Source: Syntrophobacterales bacterium
GTDB lineage: Bacteria > Desulfobacterota > Syntrophia > Syntrophales > CAMTWB01
Assembly (NCBI GenBank): GCA_037445955.1
Contig: JBBIJM010000004.1
Location: 5,542-69,541 of the forward strand
Direction of reading: 5' to 3'
DNA length: 64,000 nt
Position 1 is the stretch's first letter; every line of letters begins with the position of its first letter. The translations under genes were made by a program, and so were the position numbers. This document shows positions 57,136 to 64,000 of the stretch, one piece after another. Below the pieces are notes generated by a model, which saw only the letters and a list, made by a program, of their open reading frames with translations, did no database searches and was not told the origin of the DNA.

Positions 57136-58479
57136 TTGGATAGAGTCTGGGATAAAGCCTCTGATATTATTAAAGAAAAAATAAGCCGGCAGAATTTTGA
57201 AACCTGGTTTAGACCGGTCAAATTAATGACCGGAGAGGCTCATCATCTGGTATTAGGGGTTCCCAACAAGTTCTTTAAGGAATGGCTGATAGACAACTAC
57301 TATCAGACCATCAGAGACTCCCTCAAAGATGCCTCCGGTACGGAGATGTCTTTTGAATTCATTATCAGCAAATCCAAAGAAGAGCCGCCTCCTCAGACAG
57401 GAGACGACAGGAGAGATCCCGAAAGGTCAAAGCCGGTAAATAAAAGGATTAACAATTCTCTAAACCCAAATTACAGCTTTGAAAGATTTGTCGTCGGGTC
57501 TTCCAACCAGTTTGCCCATGCCGCCTCTATCTCCGTTGCGGAACGACCGGCCCAAAACTACAATCCCCTCTTCATCTACGGTGGTGTAGGTCTGGGAAAG
57601 ACCCACCTGATAAACGCCATCGGTCTTAGGGCCTTGAATATCTATTCTAATTTAAATGTCATCTATATTTCCGCCGAAGAGTTTATGAACGAACTCATCA
57701 ACTGTATCCGTTTCGACAAGATGCAGAAATTTAGAGAGAAGTACCGCAACATAGGCTGCCTTCTTATTGACGATATCCAGTTTATTGCGGGGAAAGAGCG
57801 GACCCAGGAGGAATTCTTCCATACTTTTAACACCCTCCATGACTCCGGCCGGCAGATCGTAGTGACAAGCGACAAATTCCCCCGGGATATTCCCAATTTG
57901 GAAGGGCGTTTACGCTCCAGGTTCGAATGGGGACTGATCACCGACATCCAACCACCGGACATTGAGACCAAAATCGCCATCCTGGTCAAGAAGGCCCAGG
58001 AAAATCAGATCGCCCTTCCTCACCAGATTGCCTTTTATATAGCCTCTCAGGCAGAATCAAACATCCGGGAACTAGAAGGTTATCTTACCAGAATCTCAGC
58101 CTTTGCCTCGGTAACCGACCGGGAGATTGATTTGCATCTGGTTAAGGAAGCGCTCAAAAAGGTGATAAAAAACCAAAAATATAATGAATTTTCCGTTGAA
58201 GAGATAGTGAAGACCGTAGGCAACAAGCTCAACGTCAAACTGGTTGATCTCAAATCGGAGCACAAGAACAAAAACCTCGTCCTGGCAAGACAGATTGCCA
58301 TGTACCTAGCCCGAAAGCTTACCTCCGCTTCCTTTCCGGACATAGGCGAAAAGATCGGCGGCCGGGATCATTCGACGGTCATCTACGCGGTAAACAAGAT
58401 AGCCAAGGCCATAACCACCGACGAGAAGCTCAAACACCTTGTGAATGATCTAGAGGAGGTAATAAACGCCAAAAGATAA
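57136..58479 (+). CDS. dnaA: chromosomal replication initiator DnaA
   Basis: TTG start. The AAA+ Walker A is GGVGLGKTHL, Walker B is LLIDDIQF, and the domain IV signature is GGRDHSTVIYA. Confidence 0.95.
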   Translation: MDRVWDKASDIIKEKISRQNFETWFRPVKLMTGEAHHLVLGVPNKFFKEWLIDNYYQTIRDSLKDASGTEMSFEFIISKSKEEPPPQTGDDRRDPERSKPVNKRINNSLNPNYSFERFVVGSSNQFAHAASISVAERPAQNYNPLFIYGGVGLGKTHLINAIGLRALNIYSNLNVIYISAEEFMNELINCIRFDKMQKFREKYRNIGCLLIDDIQFIAGKERTQEEFFHTFNTLHDSGRQIVVTSDKFPRDIPNLEGRLRSRFEWGLITDIQPPDIETKIAILVKKAQENQIALPHQIAFYIASQAESNIRELEGYLTRISAFASVTDREIDLHLVKEALKKVIKNQKYNEFSVEEIVKTVGNKLNVKLVDLKSEHKNKNLVLARQIAMYLARKLTSASFPDIGEKIGGRDHSTVIYAVNKIAKAITTDEKLKHLVNDLEEVINAKR

Positions 58480-58692
58480 TATTAGATGCCGGGCTGCGGA
58501 AGATTGTTTCTCAAAAGAGATCATCAACCTGTCATCAACAGGAAATACAGATATTATTTTAATGACGATAAGTACTTAAAAAGTATTTAATGGTAATTAA
58601 CAATACCTGTTATTATCTACTAATTAAATTTAATATAAACGGTCAATAGATTGAGGATCTGTTAGTTAATATTTTCTGAAAGGAAAAGGCTT
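58480..58692. other. candidate oriC / DNA-unwinding region in the dnaA-dnaN spacer
   Basis: My hand count gives 31 G+C in the 140 nt from 58541 to 58680 (about 22%), in an otherwise GC-rich window. Degenerate DnaA-box-like 9-mers are TCATCAACC (58521), TCATCAACA (58532, 7/9) and TTATCTACT (58613, 7/9). Confidence 0.5.
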
Positions 58693-59814
58693 ATGGATTT
58701 TGTAATCAAAAGGGAACTGTTCTTGGAAGGTATTCAGAAAACACTGGGCATTTCAGAGAAGAAAACAACTATGGCCGTGTTGAACAATATCCTCATTTCC
58801 GCTGATTCAGAAGGGGTGAAGATCCTGGCTACCGATCAGGAACTTACCTTATGGGCAAGATACGAGGCCCAGGTTAAAAGTCAGGGAGAGGTAGCGGTTT
58901 TGGCAAGAAAGCTCTATGAATTGATCAGGGAATGTCAAGGCGAAGAGATAAGTTTTGTAAGCAGCGAAAAATATCTGGTGACTGTTACTTGTGATAAAGC
59001 GGTATTTAAGATATACGGTCTTGCCCCGGACAGCTATCCGGCGGTTTCGCGGTACGATGGGCCGTGGACGGAATTTGATAGCGACATTCTGAAAGGCCTG
59101 ATTGCCAAGACCAGCTTTGCCGTTTCCAGCGATGAAAAACGTAGGAACCTAACCGGGGTCCTTCTCAAGACCGATTGGGAAGACGGAAAGAACATGCTGG
59201 TTATGGTGGCGACAGACGGCAACAGAATGGCATACGTGCAGCATGTTTTACCGGAGGGATTCTCCCTGGATCTGGACCGGGGGATAATTATTCCCAAGCG
59301 CAGCTTGGGCGAGATCCGCAAGATCCTCGACAAAGGACACAAGGTCGATCTTGGCCTTGACAGGCTGGGGTTGATCATAAAGATGTCTGAAACAATTTTG
59401 AGGGTAAGCGTTATCGATGAACAGTATCCGAACTATAAACGGGTTATACCTACCGAATTTGATAGGTTTGTCATATTCAGCCGGGAGACGGTTTTTCCTG
59501 CCCTCCGCCGGATGAGCGTTCTGGCCGATGATATATACAATGCGGTTATCATTAAGCTAAGTAACAACGTGATGAGTCTGCATTCCGTTCATCAATCGCT
59601 GGGAGAGGCTGATGATATTATTGATGTCAAGTATGAAGGCGAAGATTTTGAGCTGGGTTTCAACGTAGTTTATCTAATAGACGCCATCGGCGCCCTGGAT
59701 GACCAAGAGGACATTGTTTTTTATCTCGGCAGTGGAGCGAGGAAACAATGCCTGCTTCGTTCGGTAACAAGCGATGATTGTAAGTTCATTGTAATGCCCC
59801 TTAAGACGGAATGA
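58693..59814 (+). CDS. dnaN: DNA polymerase III beta sliding clamp
   Basis: 373 aa of three-domain clamp-like sequence (ATDGNRMA, QYPNYKRVIP) in the position after dnaA. Confidence 0.92.
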   Translation: MDFVIKRELFLEGIQKTLGISEKKTTMAVLNNILISADSEGVKILATDQELTLWARYEAQVKSQGEVAVLARKLYELIRECQGEEISFVSSEKYLVTVTCDKAVFKIYGLAPDSYPAVSRYDGPWTEFDSDILKGLIAKTSFAVSSDEKRRNLTGVLLKTDWEDGKNMLVMVATDGNRMAYVQHVLPEGFSLDLDRGIIIPKRSLGEIRKILDKGHKVDLGLDRLGLIIKMSETILRVSVIDEQYPNYKRVIPTEFDRFVIFSRETVFPALRRMSVLADDIYNAVIIKLSNNVMSLHSVHQSLGEADDIIDVKYEGEDFELGFNVVYLIDAIGALDDQEDIVFYLGSGARKQCLLRSVTSDDCKFIVMPLKTE

Positions 59815-59866
59815 ATTGGAATAACGGAACCTTGGAATAATGTTACTTCGACTGATAATCACTTGA

Positions 59867-62290
<2,424 letters not shown>

Positions 62291-62391
62291 ACTGATTGGA
62301 TGTAAGACCGGAGGCGCCTCGCCGGTGTCTTTCTCAAGGATAAGCTAATAAGATCAATTTCGGGAATGAATTGGGGTAATAACTATCTCTC

Positions 62392-64000
62392 ATGGATCAG
62401 ACGTTATTTCAGAAGCACATTCACGTAAACATCGAAGATGAATTAAAAAAGTCGTATCTTGACTATGCCATGAGCGTCATTATCGGCCGGGCCATCCCGG
62501 ACGTCCGGGACGGGCTGAAACCGGTGCACCGGCGGGTGCTGTATGCGATGCACGAGATGGGCAACCGCTGGAACAGGCCTTACAAGAAATCCGCCCGGAT
62601 CGTCGGGGATATTATCGGCAAATATCATCCCCACGGAGATGTGGCCGCCTATGATACCATTGTCAGAATGGCCCAGGATTTCTCCCTCCGTTACCCGCTC
62701 GTCGACGGGCAGGGGAATTTCGGTTCCGTCGACGGCGACCCGCCGGCGGCGATGCGCTACACCGAAATCCGGCTGGAGAAGATCGCCGAGGAGCTCCTGG
62801 GCGATCTTGATAAGGATACCGTCGATTTCGCCCCTAACTATGACGAGTCCCTGACCGAACCTACGCTGCTGCCGGCAAACCTGCCCCTGCTGCTGCTCAA
62901 CGGGGCCTCCGGTATCGCCGTCGGGATGGCGACCAATATCCCGCCCCATAACTTAGGCGAGGTGATTGATGGTCTTATCGCCTTGATTATGGACCCGGAT
63001 CTGACGGTTGAGGGGCTCATGAGGTATATTCCGGGGCCGGATTTCCCGACCTCAGGCTTCATCAACGGCCGGGAGGGGATAATCTCCGCCTATAAGACCG
63101 GCCGGGGGATAATCAAGGTGCGCGCCCGGACCGTCGTCGAGAGGCACACCCGCGGCGACCGGCAGAGCATCGTCATAACCGAACTTCCCTATCAGGTAAA
63201 CAAGGCGGACCTGGTGGCCAAGATCTCCGAACTAGTCAGGGAGAAGAAGATTGCCGGGATAGCAGATTTGCGAGACGAGTCCGACCGGGACGGAATCAGG
63301 GTGGTAATCGATCTGAAAAGGGAGGAAGAGTCGGGGATCGTCCTCAATCAGCTCTACAAGCACACCGCGATGGAATCGAGCTTCGGGATCATCATGCTCG
63401 CCATCGAGAAGGGCCAGCCCAGGGTCTTTACCTTAAGGGAAATACTCCTTAGTTTTTACGAATTCCGCCGCCAGGTGGTTCGCCGCAGGACGACCTTTGA
63501 GCTTAGCCGGGCCAGGGAAAGGATTCACCTTCTGGAAGGGCTGAAGATAGCCCTGGGGTCCATCGATCAGGTCGTGGGCTTAATCAAGGCGGCCAAAAAC
63601 CCCGGCGAGGCGGCCCGGTCTCTGACGGCTGCCTTCGGCCTCAGCGACATCCAGGCGAAGGCCATCCTCGAGATGCGTCTCCAGCGGCTGACCGGTCTGG
63701 AAAGGGAAAAGATCGAAGAAGAATATCAGGGGCTGAAGATAACCATTGCCCATCTTCAGGGACTCCTGGAGGATCCCCTTAAGATGCGGGATCTCATTGT
63801 TTCCGAACTGGCCGAGGTCAAGGCCCGTTTCGGCGACGAGAGGCGGACCGAAATCGTCTCCTCCCTTGAGGATATCAATATCGAGGATCTCATCGTCGAG
63901 GAGGATATGGTGGTGACCATCTCCCACCAGGGCTACATCAAGAGGAATCCGGTGAGCCTCTATAAAAGCCAGCGTCGAGGCGGCAAGGGCAAGGTGGGGA
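62392..64000 (+). CDS. gyrA: DNA gyrase subunit A, 3' end cut by window edge
   Basis: This gene is not in the ORF track because it has no stop in the window. My translation from ATG 62392 gives [53 protein letters not shown] and later AAMRYTE (catalytic Tyr context). Confidence 0.93.
   Translation, partial: MDQTLFQKHIHVNIEDELKKSYLDYAMSVIIGRAIPDVRDGLKPVHRRVLYAMHEMGNRWNRPYKKSARIVGDIIGKYHPHGDVAAYDTIVRMAQDFSLRYPLVDGQGNFGSVDGDPPAAMRYTEIRLEKIAEELLGDLDKDTVDFAPNYDESLTEPTLLPANLPLLLLNGASGIAVGMATNIPPHNLGEVIDGLIALIMDPDLTVEGLMRYIPGPDFPTSGFINGREGIISAYKTGRGIIKVRARTVVERHTRGDRQSIVITELPYQVNKADLVAKISELVREKKIAGIADLRDESDRDGIRVVIDLKREEESGIVLNQLYKHTAMESSFGIIMLAIEKGQPRVFTLREILLSFYEFRRQVVRRRTTFELSRARERIHLLEGLKIALGSIDQVVGLIKAAKNPGEAARSLTAAFGLSDIQAKAILEMRLQRLTGLEREKIEEEYQGLKITIAHLQGLLEDPLKMRDLIVSELAEVKARFGDERRTEIVSSLEDINIEDLIVEEDMVVTISHQGYIKRNPVSLYKSQRRGGKGKVG

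Noticed and set aside
62300-62330. Possible terminator hairpin after gyrB (ACCGGAGGCGCCTCGCCGGT)
   Set aside because: The stem has internal mismatches and only a weak T-rich tail. gyrA follows 100 bp later and is probably co-transcribed.

Overview
This 64-kb window is chromosomal DNA from a GC-rich bacterium. The gene content suggests an anaerobic deltaproteobacterial (Desulfobacterota-like) organism, but that taxonomic guess is low confidence. About 60 genes are supported, and the six-frame track also contains many Arg/Gly/Pro-rich antisense shadow ORFs that I reject. The right end is the replication-origin neighbourhood: parA-parB-dnaA-dnaN-gyrB-gyrA. It has a very AT-rich dnaA-dnaN spacer, and a perfect 16-bp parS lies at 50.7 kb. 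The rest holds housekeeping genes (valS, nadC, coaX, groESL, lipB, murI, htrA, htpX). There is a dense phosphate and glycerol-3-phosphate block: glpABC, ugpBAEC plus a GDPD gene, pstSCAB-phoU, and a PiT transporter with two DUF47 genes. Radical and CoA-ester enzymes are also present (a 2-hydroxyacyl-CoA dehydratase-like pair and a 4-hydroxybutyryl-CoA dehydratase-like protein). The best candidates for something undescribed are these four. (1) A ten-gene operon at 16.6-27.7 kb behind a sigma-54 promoter and three TGAAAC-N5-GTTTCA dyads, next to a PrpR-type activator, whose enzyme set I cannot map to a named pathway. (2) An MCE/Mla-like operon whose ATPase gene is a P-loop-less, motif-degenerate remnant that is still tightly overlapped with its neighbours. 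(3) A membrane protein with a DUF4405-like N-terminus and three ~60-aa repeats directly upstream of glpABC. (4) An unexplained perfect 19-bp inverted repeat plus a tandem 13-bp repeat just after the regulator gene. I saw no tRNA, rRNA, CRISPR array, transposase or prophage. All calls rest on reading the sequence and remembered family motifs; no searches were run.
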